This document shows positions 9,446 through 19,514 of a DNA stretch of 60,788 nt, piece by piece. A program made the position numbers and the translations under genes. The notes beneath the pieces were generated by a model that searched no databases, was not told the DNA's origin, and saw only the letters and a list, made by a program, of their open reading frames with translations. The DNA lies in assembly GCA_020723015.1 (NCBI GenBank), contig DYJR01000001.1, forward strand, positions 1 to 60,788, read 5' to 3'. The DNA is from Arcobacter nitrofigilis (GTDB lineage: Bacteria; Campylobacterota; Campylobacteria; Campylobacterales; Arcobacteraceae). Positions within the stretch are counted from its first letter, which is position 1. The number at the start of each line of letters is the position of its first letter.

Positions 9446-12400
9446 TTAAAAATAAGTACCGCTCTTTTGAACTTCTTGTATCTCTTCTATTATTTTGCTA
9501 CTAGCAACAAAAGTATCCCCTTTATCTTCTTTGGATTCATGATTTTGCTCATTCGCACTAAAACTTTCATTTTGGAAACCGCTACCTGAAGCATCAGGGT
9601 CAAGCTTAAAATCAAATTCAAATGAACTATTATCATTGAAAGTTTTTTGTAATGCACTTCTTAATTCATTTTGATTTGCTACCACGGATTCAAGTGTGCT
9701 ACTACTAGACATATTCATACTAATACTTAAACTATTGTCGGCCCTTTGACTTCTTATCAAAATAGCTATACTACCGAGATTTGCAGGATTTAAAGAGATT
9801 CTAAAAGCCGTATGGGGAGGTTTATAGTTTTCATACATTGCTCTAGCCACATCAGACATCATAGAACTCAGTTGTTGTCTTGCACCTATTATCCTATTTT
9901 GAATAGTAAGAACCTCGGCCTCACCTATAGTTAATTCAACTACTTTTTGAATCATATTATTTGTCATTGTTTTAGTGTCAGTAACAGATGTTTGCTTATA
10001 TTCTATATCAAAAGTTTGAGAATCTTTTTCTATCAAATTATCTTTGTTAACAAAGTTTTTTTCTAAAAACGCTCTATTAATATTAACCGCTCGCTGTTTT
10101 GTGTCACCGACAATAGCATCTTGAATCTTAACTTCCTCAATACCTTCCAAATTAAGTTCCAACATATCGGCACTTTTTTGAATATCTTGGATTGAATTAG
10201 CATTTTTTAACATCTCTTTTGCCACGGTTGCATTTTGCATAGCCGCCAAAGATATATTTTTTGATACCGAACTTTTATAGATATTTTCCATAATGTCATT
10301 TTTTTGAACATTATCTTGAGTTTTTGCATTCTCTAAAATTTGTCCGTTTTTTATCTCAATTTTCTCAACTGTTTGAGAAGAATCTTTTGTCGTTACCTTC
10401 ACGCTATCTTCTATTAACTTATCCAATAAACTAATATTTGATTTTGATATCGGCTGTTCGGCTTTCGTTGTTGCATCTTTTAACTTGTCGTCTATCACTA
10501 ATTCTATCGGCTTGGCTTCATTTGTATTTAATTTTGCAAGCTCAACGGCTGCATTTTGTTTATTTATAGACGTGGCTTCAGTTTTTTTGCTATCAGTTAC
10601 GACATTAGATTTTATATCATCTATACTTACATTTTCAACCGTCACATCATTTGAAGTAACAATCTCTGAAGTTTTATTCATATTATCTATATTAACTTTA
10701 GGTGTCACGCTATCGTTTGCATTAATAGACCGTTGAGGTTGATTATTCACTTCCCTAACTTGATTCTGTAAATTAGTTTCAACATCTCTAATTTTACTAG
10801 CTGTTTCATCGCTACTAACTACATTACCGACTACGACTTCTTGATTTTTAACTACACTTTTTTCAGCCGTAACACCGTCAGGTAAAACTGTTTCACCCGT
10901 AATATCTAACAAACTCTCTTTTGTTAATTGTTTTTTGTCGGATATTACATTTCCATTTTCGTTCGTGATACTATTAATGACCTGTATATTTTGCTTAATA
11001 GGTTGCGTAATTTGTTGTTGTGATTCCTGTGATATAGGAGTTGTAGTCGTAGATACCGTTTTAGTGTTATCATTATTACTCATATCTGTTGATACTACAA
11101 TATTTTGAATAATACTTTCACCGTTAACATATTGTTTTTCGTCACCGCTTAATTTTGTACTTGTATCAATAATTGATGTTTTAGTTGTATTTTGTGTAGT
11201 TAAACTAGTAAATAAATCTACCGCTTTTTCGTTATAGGATACAGTATCCGATACCGAACCATCAAATTTTACTACTTCCACGCCTTGTTTAAGCTTACTT
11301 TCTATAACACTTTCCTTACTAGGTTCCGTCACTACTTGCTTAGTGTGTTTTTGTTGTTGTGATTCCTGTGATATAGGAGTTGTAGTCGTAGATACCGTTT
11401 TAGTGTTATCATTATTACTCATATCTGTTGATACTACAATATTTTGAATAATACTTTCACCGTTAACATATTGTTTTTCGTCACCGCTTAATTTTGTACT
11501 TGTATCAATAATTGATGTTTTAGTTGTATTTTGTGTAGTTAAACTAGTAAATAAATCTACCGCTTTTTCGTTATAGGATACAGTATCCGATACCGAACCA
11601 TCAAATTTTACTACTTCCACGCCTTGTTTAAGCTTACTTTCTACAACACTTTCCTTACTAGGTTCCGTCACTACTTGCTTAGTGTGTTGTGGAACAACAG
11701 TATTAACTTCTGCTGTTTTAGTAGATATGCCGCTATTGTTTTGCTCAACTACCGCTTTAAATTCTGTTTTCAAATCAAAAGTTTTATTATCAGCAACTAA
11801 AACCGTGTTGTTTTTTAATATATCTTCTACATCTACTACGTTTTTATTTTGTTTCTCGACTTGTATCTTATCCAAAACTGACAGAGTTCTCGAAACAACA
11901 CTCTGCACAACGTTGGACGTAGTATCAGATACTTTACTATCGTTATCTACTTGTTTTTCAATATTTTTAGTACTCTCTAATATCTTAGAATTTTTTGTTT
12001 CTTGTTTTGGCTTTATTACCGTTGTATCACCGTTATTTTGGCCATCCGTCAAAACTAGTTTATCTGTTACGACAGAAATTGGATTATCCCGTGATAAATC
12101 CACATCTACAATATTTTCAGAACCGCTAGATGTAGCTATTTTGGGCTGTGTAAAATCGGCTTGAACATTTACAGAATCACTCTTTAATTGTGTGTGTTTT
12201 TTGACGGCATTTGTCTGAACGGAAGTTTGTTGTTCCGTTTTCACAACTTCACTGGCTACTTGTTCAACCACACCATGATCTGCAGTTATCAAAGGTTGTG
12301 ACGTATTAACACTAGTAGTTTGCGTACTCACGGTTAGTATAGGAGATTGGCTAGTCTGTGATTGTGTTGCTATGCTCTTCAATAGATCATCAAATAAAGA

Positions 12401-12487
12401 GCTCCCCTCTTTTGAAACTTTTGTTTCACCGGAAGACTTTGTACCTATTGATAATAAAGCATCAAATAAAGAGAGTTCTTTAGTCAT
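9446..12487 (-). CDS. fliK: Very long hook-length control protein FliK
   Basis: Low-complexity S/T/K/N/Q body; C-terminal T3S4-type motif RISLNPANLGSIAI...ELRSAL. Confidence 0.75.
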   Translation of the reverse strand: MTKELSLFDALLSIGTKSSGETKVSKEGSSLFDDLLKSIATQSQTSQSPILTVSTQTTSVNTSQPLITADHGVVEQVASEVVKTEQQTSVQTNAVKKHTQLKSDSVNVQADFTQPKIATSSGSENIVDVDLSRDNPISVVTDKLVLTDGQNNGDTTVIKPKQETKNSKILESTKNIEKQVDNDSKVSDTTSNVVQSVVSRTLSVLDKIQVEKQNKNVVDVEDILKNNTVLVADNKTFDLKTEFKAVVEQNNSGISTKTAEVNTVVPQHTKQVVTEPSKESVVESKLKQGVEVVKFDGSVSDTVSYNEKAVDLFTSLTTQNTTKTSIIDTSTKLSGDEKQYVNGESIIQNIVVSTDMSNNDNTKTVSTTTTPISQESQQQKHTKQVVTEPSKESVIESKLKQGVEVVKFDGSVSDTVSYNEKAVDLFTSLTTQNTTKTSIIDTSTKLSGDEKQYVNGESIIQNIVVSTDMSNNDNTKTVSTTTTPISQESQQQITQPIKQNIQVINSITNENGNVISDKKQLTKESLLDITGETVLPDGVTAEKSVVKNQEVVVGNVVSSDETASKIRDVETNLQNQVREVNNQPQRSINANDSVTPKVNIDNMNKTSEIVTSNDVTVENVSIDDIKSNVVTDSKKTEATSINKQNAAVELAKLNTNEAKPIELVIDDKLKDATTKAEQPISKSNISLLDKLIEDSVKVTTKDSSQTVEKIEIKNGQILENAKTQDNVQKNDIMENIYKSSVSKNISLAAMQNATVAKEMLKNANSIQDIQKSADMLELNLEGIEEVKIQDAIVGDTKQRAVNINRAFLEKNFVNKDNLIEKDSQTFDIEYKQTSVTDTKTMTNNMIQKVVELTIGEAEVLTIQNRIIGARQQLSSMMSDVARAMYENYKPPHTAFRISLNPANLGSIAILIRSQRADNSLSISMNMSSSSTLESVVANQNELRSALQKTFNDNSSFEFDFKLDPDASGSGFQNESFSANEQNHESKEDKGDTFVASSKIIEEIQEVQKSGTYF
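11011..11688. repeat. Tandem duplication, 2 x 339 bp (113 aa), inside fliK
   Basis: 11011..11349 vs 11350..11688; one mismatch seen (11305 T / 11644 C, Ile/Val). Confidence 0.95.
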
Positions 12488-12497
12488 AATTTATCCT

Positions 12498-12956
12498 TTA
12501 TTGTTTTAGGATTTCTAATGTTTTATTATCCATATTTTTATGGGTTTGAAATGCAGCTATATTTGATTCATAAGTTCTCATAGCTTCAATCAAATCCGTC
12601 ATTTCAACTACCGGATTTATATCAGGATATGCTACATAACCTTTTTCATTCGCATCCGGATGGCTCGGCTCATATCTCATAACAGGTTTAGAGTTTGATT
12701 CAATAATAGTTTTAACCCCTACACCTCTCAAAGTAGTATTTTCAAAATTACCGCCCTTTGGCATTGAAACACTATTACTTCTTTCCTTTTCTTGTACAAG
12801 CATCTCTTCAAAAACTACATTTTGTTTTTTATAAGGTCCACCGCCTACGGTGTTTGTAGTTTGGGCATTTGCCAAATTTGCACTAACTACGTTGATTCTT
12901 GCTCTTTGAGCACTCATACCGCTTGTAGCAATATTATAACCGTCAAAAAAACCCAT
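12498..12956 (-). CDS. flgC: Basal-body rod protein FlgC
   Basis: ANLANAQT, GGPYKK, YEPSHPDA..GYVAYP. Confidence 0.96.
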   Translation of the reverse strand: MGFFDGYNIATSGMSAQRARINVVSANLANAQTTNTVGGGPYKKQNVVFEEMLVQEKERSNSVSMPKGGNFENTTLRGVGVKTIIESNSKPVMRYEPSHPDANEKGYVAYPDINPVVEMTDLIEAMRTYESNIAAFQTHKNMDNKTLEILKQ

Positions 12957-12986
12957 AATAACTCCTTTTTTAACGACCCAAGATTT

Positions 12987-13289
12987 CTAAATTTGCATTT
13001 TCGTAATTTCTTTATAAGCACTGATAGCTTTATTTTTTACTTCCAACGCTAATTTTAAGCTAAGCTCAGCCTCTTCAATTCTTTGTACGGCTTCTTGTAA
13101 ATTTTTAACTTTCCCTGTAGCTATACCGCTCATTGCTTCATAACCTTGAAGTTGTGTATTATTAACCTCTTCGATACTACTTTTTAGCATTTGTTCAAAA
13201 GTTGCACCACTTACTTTAGGCTCTTGTTTTTGAAGCCCTGCTATACTACCAAGACCCATGCCGCTTGATAAACTTTCAATATTTATCAT
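12987..13289 (-). CDS. fliE: Hook-basal body protein FliE
   Basis: AELSL..EVKNK..AYKEITKMQI C-terminus. Confidence 0.93.
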   Translation of the reverse strand: MINIESLSSGMGLGSIAGLQKQEPKVSGATFEQMLKSSIEEVNNTQLQGYEAMSGIATGKVKNLQEAVQRIEEAELSLKLALEVKNKAISAYKEITKMQI

Positions 13290-13630
13290 CTTTTAGCTCC
13301 TTTTGGGTTATTTATTTTTTGTGCTTCAGTTGTTGCTTCTTTTATTACGAGGTCAGATAATAGTTGCTCTATCTCCGATGCCTTTGAATAAAAATCAAGC
13401 TCAGATTTTTTATTGTCAAGGTTGAAAAACATTATTACTAAAGATAGCATCAAATAAGCCACACCCTTTAAACCTATGGTAATTACAATGATACCTATAA
13501 GCATCTCCATGGGAGAAAAATGGTCGGCATTTATTATGAAAAATATTAAAGTAGCGAAAAACCCTATTGCAACATACAGTCGCAATAATCCGCTACCTAT
13601 AACACTCTGAGAAAATCTCTCGACTATCAT
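13286..13630 (-). CDS. Hypothetical two-TM membrane protein
   Basis: Two hydrophobic segments; overlaps the fliE start. Confidence 0.75.
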   Translation of the reverse strand: MIVERFSQSVIGSGLLRLYVAIGFFATLIFFIINADHFSPMEMLIGIIVITIGLKGVAYLMLSLVIMFFNLDNKKSELDFYSKASEIEQLLSDLVIKEATTEAQKINNPKGAKR

Positions 13631-13654
13631 AATACCATAACCCTTATACTCACT

Positions 13655-14473
13655 TTATCTAATATAATTTAATAAATTTTCTACGACAAACTTCAGTTCT
13701 ACGGAAGTTTGATCGTCACCGAATTCCTTAACAAAAAGCTTTCTCAACCGACCTGTTGTCGCAATATTTTGCGACATAGAAACATTTCCCAAATATTTTA
13801 ACATAAAATTACTGTTAAGTCTATTTTTTTGTGCTAAATTTTTCACTGATTCCGTAATAGTCGCCCCTATCTGATAACTTTTTGTATGATTAAATGCCAA
13901 CAAAAGCGATTCTTTATAGCTACTTATCATTTTCATCAATGCATAAACATCAGTTAAGGCACTAGGATCAGTAGTAGTTACCGCCAATATATTCGGGCTA
14001 ATATCTAAAAATTCTTTTACATATTCATTAAGTCCGGCACCGGTATCAATAAGCAAAATATCGAATTTATCAAGTGCTTTTATATCTTCAACTATTTGCG
14101 TAAATACAAAACTACTTGCTTTATTAGAATACTCATAACCGCTTTTACCTGCTATCAAAGTAATGTTAGGATAACTAGTATCAAGTAAAATATCGTTTAT
14201 ATCATCTATTTTGCCATCCAAATAGTCAAAAAACGTAATCTCCGGTTTTGTATTAAACAATACCTGCATATTTGCAAGACCGATATCCGCATCCAAAACG
14301 GCAACTTTATAACCCATATTAGCTAAAATATACGATATGTTAGCCGTAAATGTTGATTTCCCGACTCCACCTTTACCTGATGTAACAGTAATTACTTTCG
14401 TTTTAGTGTCTTTTTTGTGCCTTGTAGCCAAATTCATAAGATTTTTTGCCTGAGAAGAGATATTATTAAACAT
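13655..14473 (-). CDS. flhG: MinD-like flagellar number regulator FlhG
   Basis: SGKGGVGKS, DADIGLAN, DTGAG; follows flhF. Confidence 0.92.
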   Translation of the reverse strand: MFNNISSQAKNLMNLATRHKKDTKTKVITVTSGKGGVGKSTFTANISYILANMGYKVAVLDADIGLANMQVLFNTKPEITFFDYLDGKIDDINDILLDTSYPNITLIAGKSGYEYSNKASSFVFTQIVEDIKALDKFDILLIDTGAGLNEYVKEFLDISPNILAVTTTDPSALTDVYALMKMISSYKESLLLAFNHTKSYQIGATITESVKNLAQKNRLNSNFMLKYLGNVSMSQNIATTGRLRKLFVKEFGDDQTSVELKFVVENLLNYIR

Positions 14474-14475
14474 TG

Positions 14476-15636
14476 TTACCTCTTAGGAATCTCTTGATTC
14501 ATAAAACAATCGATAAGATAGTTAGCATCGGCAACTTTCAAATCATCGGGGACATTTTGACCGACACTAAAATAAGTAACCGATTTTTTTGTTTTATGAG
14601 CAAACGATATAAGATTACCAAAACTTTTGGTTTCATCTAGTTTTGTAAATGTAAGATAATTTATCCCTACTCTTGAATAACTCCTATAAATATCAAGTAA
14701 ATCACTTTGCTTAATATTTGCAGGCAATACCAAATTTTTTTCTATAGTAATATCTTCGAGTTGACTTTGATATTCATTGATTAAGTCTATTTTGTCAAAA
14801 TCATATTGGCTACTTCCGGCAGTATCTATAAAGATATAATTACAATCTTTCAACCTTATAATAGCTTCTATTAACTCTTCAGGTTTTTTAACCACTTCTA
14901 AAGGTAACCTCATAATAGTAGTATAAGCACGAAGTTGTTCTATAGCACCGACTCTAAATGAGTCTAGCGTGATAATACCTACTTTATAATCCATATCCAT
15001 TTTATAAGCACAACGTGCCGCAAGTTTTGCTATAGTAGTAGTTTTTCCAACCCCAGTAGGACCTACAAACATAACTATTTTTCTTTGATTTTTACGTAAA
15101 GGAACTTCATGTTTAATAGGGATTATTCTACGCAAAATTAATTTGAAAAAATCTTTTACTTTTGCTGGGTTTGATTTAAGAGGAGGAGGTAACTGCTGAA
15201 TTGTTTTTTTCAGTATAGTGTACGTCATCTCGAAATCGAATTCATTTTGCTCGAAAAGATTATAAATATCTACAAACTCAATAGGTATAGTCAAATCAAA
15301 CAACTGACTTTTTGGACTCCAAAGCGATTTCTGGACATTTAAAATCGTCTCTTGCATTTTTAGTATTTCAGCTTTGAAATCATAAAACTGAGCTATAAAT
15401 TCCGTATGTACTATATCTTCGGTCTGTGTTTTTTTGACGATTTTTTGTTTTGGAATTTTTTGGTGTTTTTCATACTCCTCTTCCAAAGCAACTACCACTT
15501 CATACATATCTTTACCACTTGTTTTTTTATCGGCAATTTTTTTCGTAGATATTACGATAGCATCCTCACCACACTCTTTTTGTGCATTTCTGAGTGCTTG
15601 GGTAGGAGTTTCCCCTAAAAATGAGAGCATATTCAT
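14476..15636 (-). CDS. flhF: SRP-type GTPase FlhF
   Basis: GPTGVGKTTTIAKLAA, DTAG, TKLDE, GQNVPDDL. Confidence 0.96.
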   Translation of the reverse strand: MNMLSFLGETPTQALRNAQKECGEDAIVISTKKIADKKTSGKDMYEVVVALEEEYEKHQKIPKQKIVKKTQTEDIVHTEFIAQFYDFKAEILKMQETILNVQKSLWSPKSQLFDLTIPIEFVDIYNLFEQNEFDFEMTYTILKKTIQQLPPPLKSNPAKVKDFFKLILRRIIPIKHEVPLRKNQRKIVMFVGPTGVGKTTTIAKLAARCAYKMDMDYKVGIITLDSFRVGAIEQLRAYTTIMRLPLEVVKKPEELIEAIIRLKDCNYIFIDTAGSSQYDFDKIDLINEYQSQLEDITIEKNLVLPANIKQSDLLDIYRSYSRVGINYLTFTKLDETKSFGNLISFAHKTKKSVTYFSVGQNVPDDLKVADANYLIDCFMNQEIPKR

Positions 15637-16031
15637 TGATCTCTCCCATCTTTATAGATTTTATGTACGCTTCCGTCATGTTTTTTGATTGTTATATATT
15701 CCGATGTTTCATTGATTACTTCACCGTCTGTTTTTATTTCCAACGAACCGAAATTAAATAATACCTCTTTTGGTTTATATTCTAAAACATCTTTTGTACA
15801 TAATATAGCACCCTCTTTGATATATTTTGATGCTATATATTGACCCGCATTAAAATTGTTACCGTTAAAAATCTCACATGTTCTAGGTATATCGAATGAA
15901 TTAGCACTCATTACGGAAAAATAATCCTTTGATAATACCTCTTTATAACTAATACTTTTTTTCGCCACTAAAACTTCTATCGCATTTAAATAGCTTAAAC
16001 ATAAAGCAAAAATTATAAAAAACCTCATCAA
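15633..16031 (-). CDS. Exported protein, possible short FlgA/SAF-like P-ring chaperone
   Basis: Signal peptide; VLVAKKSI..KEVL and ASKYIKEGAIL resemble SAF-domain patterns. Confidence 0.45.
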   Translation of the reverse strand: MMRFFIIFALCLSYLNAIEVLVAKKSISYKEVLSKDYFSVMSANSFDIPRTCEIFNGNNFNAGQYIASKYIKEGAILCTKDVLEYKPKEVLFNFGSLEIKTDGEVINETSEYITIKKHDGSVHKIYKDGRDQ

Positions 16032-16405
16032 GCTTTTACCTCTACAACGCTACTTCCATATTCAGAAACTATTTCATCTACTATATCTTTATACATTTTT
16101 CTCACAGGCTCAACTATAGAACCCAATCTTGCATTTAACATATATAGTTTTTTTAATTCTTTTTCAAGAGTATCCACGCTACCCCTGTATTGATTTACGT
16201 CGTCACCGTTTTGAATAGCTTGTAATAATGCCTTATTCAAATCCTCTTTTTTTGATGCCAAATCTTGCATCATTTCTAGTTTGATTTCATTTCTATCTAG
16301 TAGCTTTTCATGACGTGCCGCTTTTATATCTTCTATATCTTCCATAATATGATTTTGTAAACTCAAAGTTTTCTCTATCATCGCATTTATTAGAGTTGAA
16401 ACCAT
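16028..16405 (-). CDS. FlgN-like export chaperone
   Basis: Helical; DIEDIKAARHE and LKKLYMLNARLG pattern; follows the rod-binding gene. Confidence 0.6.
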   Translation of the reverse strand: MVSTLINAMIEKTLSLQNHIMEDIEDIKAARHEKLLDRNEIKLEMMQDLASKKEDLNKALLQAIQNGDDVNQYRGSVDTLEKELKKLYMLNARLGSIVEPVRKMYKDIVDEIVSEYGSSVVEVKA

Positions 16406-16416
16406 TTTATATCCTT

Positions 16417-16704
16417 TTATGATTTGCTAAGAGAAGGGTTATTCTCAATTAAAAATCTCAAAAGCATATCACTTATGCCAAGATTTCCACCTGTAGACTT
16501 TGACATTGTTTCACTGTACATGCCTTTGATGATATCACTCCCTGCACCTTCACCGCCTACGTTTGTTGATTTCAAGGATATATCAAGGAGTTGCTGCATA
16601 AAAAACGACTCAAAATCATCACAAGCTTGTTTTAACTGCTTAGCTTCCGCAGTATTTGGTATGTCAACCTTATTTATTATAGATACCGTATTTAAACTTT
16701 GCAT
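16417..16704 (-). CDS. flgJ: Rod-binding protein (FlgJ N-terminal-like)
   Basis: LKQACDDFESFF, GSDIIKGMY, LGISDML. Confidence 0.8.
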   Translation of the reverse strand: MQSLNTVSIINKVDIPNTAEAKQLKQACDDFESFFMQQLLDISLKSTNVGGEGAGSDIIKGMYSETMSKSTGGNLGISDMLLRFLIENNPSLSKS

Positions 16705-16707
16705 TGT

Positions 16708-17493
16708 TTACTCCAATCTATCAAAGAAATTTTCTTGTGCGAAAACATTATTTTGAGCTTTATCTGAATAAAACCTCATTTCAACTCTTCTATTTTCACT
16801 TGCTATATCACTTTTTGGTTTATAGGAAGCATGAGCCGATACTTTTAGCTGTGCAGGGTCTATTTTATTTTTTATCAATTCTTTAACTACCGAAATAGAC
16901 CTCAAAGCAGACACATCCCAATTATCTCTCGGTAACTGTTCACTTTTGTATTTACTTCTATCGGTATGACCTATAATTTCTATTTGAAAAGTATTAGGCA
17001 TAGTCCTAACTATTCTAGCAACTTTTGCTATAAATGCCTTTGATTCCGTATTGGTCAATTCATATTCATCGTCTTTAAACAGCAAAGTCGTCGGTATATC
17101 AAGTATAAACTCATTTTGACTCTTTATTACCTCTATTTGCTGACTTTCATCTTGCATTTGAGACTGTTGTGCAGCTTGATTCATCTCCTCTACAACCTCT
17201 TGCATTTGTTGAGAAACTTCATCCATTTCACTTGCTTCTGCATCCTTTGGCTCTTGTTCTGATTGTTCACCTTCGCTAAGACCGTCTGTTTGTTCATCGA
17301 CACTACTCGTATTATCCATAAAACCCATAGCTTTTTTCATAATAGTAAAATACTCTTCGACCTTTTTCTTATCCATTACCGCCATAGACAAAAGAAGGAC
17401 AAAAAATACAAGCAAAAGCGACATTAAATCCCCAAATTGTACAAGCCAACCGGGAAGGCATTTAGGACACTCTGGGCATTTATCTTTTGCCAT
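16708..17493 (-). CDS. motB: Stator subunit MotB (PomB-like)
   Basis: W..FGDLMSLLL TM with conserved Asp; OmpA-like GHTD/NW/NRRVE. Confidence 0.93.
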   Translation of the reverse strand: MAKDKCPECPKCLPGWLVQFGDLMSLLLVFFVLLLSMAVMDKKKVEEYFTIMKKAMGFMDNTSSVDEQTDGLSEGEQSEQEPKDAEASEMDEVSQQMQEVVEEMNQAAQQSQMQDESQQIEVIKSQNEFILDIPTTLLFKDDEYELTNTESKAFIAKVARIVRTMPNTFQIEIIGHTDRSKYKSEQLPRDNWDVSALRSISVVKELIKNKIDPAQLKVSAHASYKPKSDIASENRRVEMRFYSDKAQNNVFAQENFFDRLE

Positions 17494-17495
17494 TT

Positions 17496-18251
17496 TTATT
17501 CAGCCTCAGGTACTAAGATAGCATTTAGCTTCATTTTAATATTACCTATCGATTCTTCAGCAGCTATCATCACTGCACCTTGAATAATAATCTCACAGGC
17601 ATTCACCTCAACCTTATGCTTTTGCACCAATTTATTTTCAAATAATCCGGCAAAAAGCGTACCTGCAAGAGCACCGTAAAGTGTTGTTAGTAAGGCAACG
17701 GCCATCGCGGGACCTACTGCAGCAGGGTCACTTAGGTTTGCAAGCATTGCAACAAGACCTACAAGTGTCCCGGCCATACCCATAGCCCCGGCAGTACCGC
17801 CTATATTACTTAAAATTTGATGTATAGTTCCATGCCTTTTATCCATATGCTCCAATTTCGTCTCAAGTAAAGGTTGCAATAAATCAGGTTTTGTACCATC
17901 CACTAAAAGTTGAAAAGCCTCTTTAAAAAACGGATTTGTTTCCGCAAGGACTTTTTGTTCTATACTCATAACACCGTGTTTTTTTATCTCTGTTGCATAA
18001 AATATAATCTTTTCTATAAGCTCAGGAATAGGCTCCGATTTGTTTTCATTCAATGCAATTTTCAAAGCTTTGCCAAACCTTTTTAGGTCACTACCCTCAA
18101 ACTGTCCAACTATAACTAAAGCTGTTCCACCAAAAACGATAAAAACAGATGGAATATCAATATATGGACCAAAACCAACACCACCTAAAATAATAGCTAT
18201 AGCTATAATTATCCAAGCACCAGCAAGTCCAATAACGGTAGTTTTATCCAT
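17496..18251 (-). CDS. motA: Stator subunit MotA (PomA-like)
   Basis: GTLVGLVAML..DP...GPAMAVALLTTLYG. Confidence 0.93.
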   Translation of the reverse strand: MDKTTVIGLAGAWIIIAIAIILGGVGFGPYIDIPSVFIVFGGTALVIVGQFEGSDLKRFGKALKIALNENKSEPIPELIEKIIFYATEIKKHGVMSIEQKVLAETNPFFKEAFQLLVDGTKPDLLQPLLETKLEHMDKRHGTIHQILSNIGGTAGAMGMAGTLVGLVAMLANLSDPAAVGPAMAVALLTTLYGALAGTLFAGLFENKLVQKHKVEVNACEIIIQGAVMIAAEESIGNIKMKLNAILVPEAE

Positions 18252-18254
18252 ACC

Positions 18255-19163
18255 CTACACCAAACCTATTTTTTTAAGTTTATTTTTTTCATCACCGATG
18301 TATTTAACTTTTAGACCAAACTTACCTTCAACTACCACGGCTTCACCTTCACCTACTTTGACACCGTTTACCAAAATATCTAGAGGTTCGTTTACCATTT
18401 GTTCAAGCTCTATAATTTCGCCTACATCCCACCTCAAAATATCTTTCAAAAGTAATACTTTAGTACCCAAACGAACACTAAGCCTTAGCTTGATATCAAA
18501 TAAAAGCTTTAAATTTGTTATTGAGTGTTCATCCAATAGCGAGGATAATTCATTTGAAACACTTACACCATGCGTACCACTATGTACTGAAGGGGCTTGA
18601 GCTTTTGCATGATTTGTATCAGTAGCAACAACACTCTCTCCAGTAATTGAACTTATATACGGTTTTATAATGTCGTCGAAGGATACGAAAACAAGTATAG
18701 CCTCTCCATCCAAATCTAAAACTATTTTATAAATATTAGCCAAAGCCTTTAGTTTCTCGAAATCAACGATAGAAACATCAACAACTTCAGTTTTGACTTT
18801 CCCTAAATCATCAAATCCCTGAGCATTTATAGATGTTGCCATACTACCGCACACATTTGAAATAATCTCTTTAATAGCATCGCTTGTCTCATCATCCAAT
18901 GCTTCTTTTAAATCACCCATTCCGCCAAGCATTAAATATTCAAATTTAACTCCCGTCAAAGTAGGTATTATAAAATTCCATGTAGACATAATATTCTTAA
19001 ATTCTAATTTAGCGATAACTAAAACAGATGTTTCTATAGTCTCTGAAGACGTATCGATTTTAACTATATCTTTTATTGTAGCTTTTTTTGAAAGTAATTG
19101 TTCTATAGTATTAGATAATTCACTTTTTAATATATTGGTTAAATCAGATGCCAAAACCGCCAC
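18255..19163 (-). CDS. fliY: Switch protein FliY
   Basis: CheC-like N-terminal domain plus C-terminal FliN/SpoA domain; GTG start. Confidence 0.85.
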   Translation of the reverse strand: MAVLASDLTNILKSELSNTIEQLLSKKATIKDIVKIDTSSETIETSVLVIAKLEFKNIMSTWNFIIPTLTGVKFEYLMLGGMGDLKEALDDETSDAIKEIISNVCGSMATSINAQGFDDLGKVKTEVVDVSIVDFEKLKALANIYKIVLDLDGEAILVFVSFDDIIKPYISSITGESVVATDTNHAKAQAPSVHSGTHGVSVSNELSSLLDEHSITNLKLLFDIKLRLSVRLGTKVLLLKDILRWDVGEIIELEQMVNEPLDILVNGVKVGEGEAVVVEGKFGLKVKYIGDEKNKLKKIGLV

Positions 19164-19185
19164 CTTTTAGTTAGTTTTTTGTATT

Positions 19186-19482
19186 TTAAGCTTCTAAACT
19201 ATCCAGTAAAGCAGCTTTTAGTTTCATCATATCGTCAGTCGGGTATTTGTTTTCTACATTACCCCTTTTAACTTTAATAAAAAAATCGTTTGTCTCCTTA
19301 TTGAATCCAAAACTCACATTATCTAGCACTACCTCTTTATGTTCCGACTGCTGACCGAGAGATTTTTTATGCTGTTCATTAGGGTCAACTTTTTGTTTTT
19401 CATCACTTTCTTGTACTTTTTGAACTTTCTGAATATTTTCAACTTTAGCATTATCTATCTGTGCAATTTTTCCTAAATCCAT
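19186..19482 (-). CDS. flaG: FlaG-like protein
   Basis: VSFGFNKETNDFFIKV...YPTDDMMKL matches the FlaG pattern. Confidence 0.65.
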   Translation of the reverse strand: MDLGKIAQIDNAKVENIQKVQKVQESDEKQKVDPNEQHKKSLGQQSEHKEVVLDNVSFGFNKETNDFFIKVKRGNVENKYPTDDMMKLKAALLDSLEA

Positions 19483-19514
19483 AAAACCACCTCAAAAAAA
19501 GCAAAATTTACTAA

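Noticed and set aside
11682-12164. 160-aa plus-strand ORF and other antisense ORFs (e.g. 18040..18600, 42749..43159, 54728..55126)
   Set aside because: Shadow frames opposite well-supported genes, with no motifs
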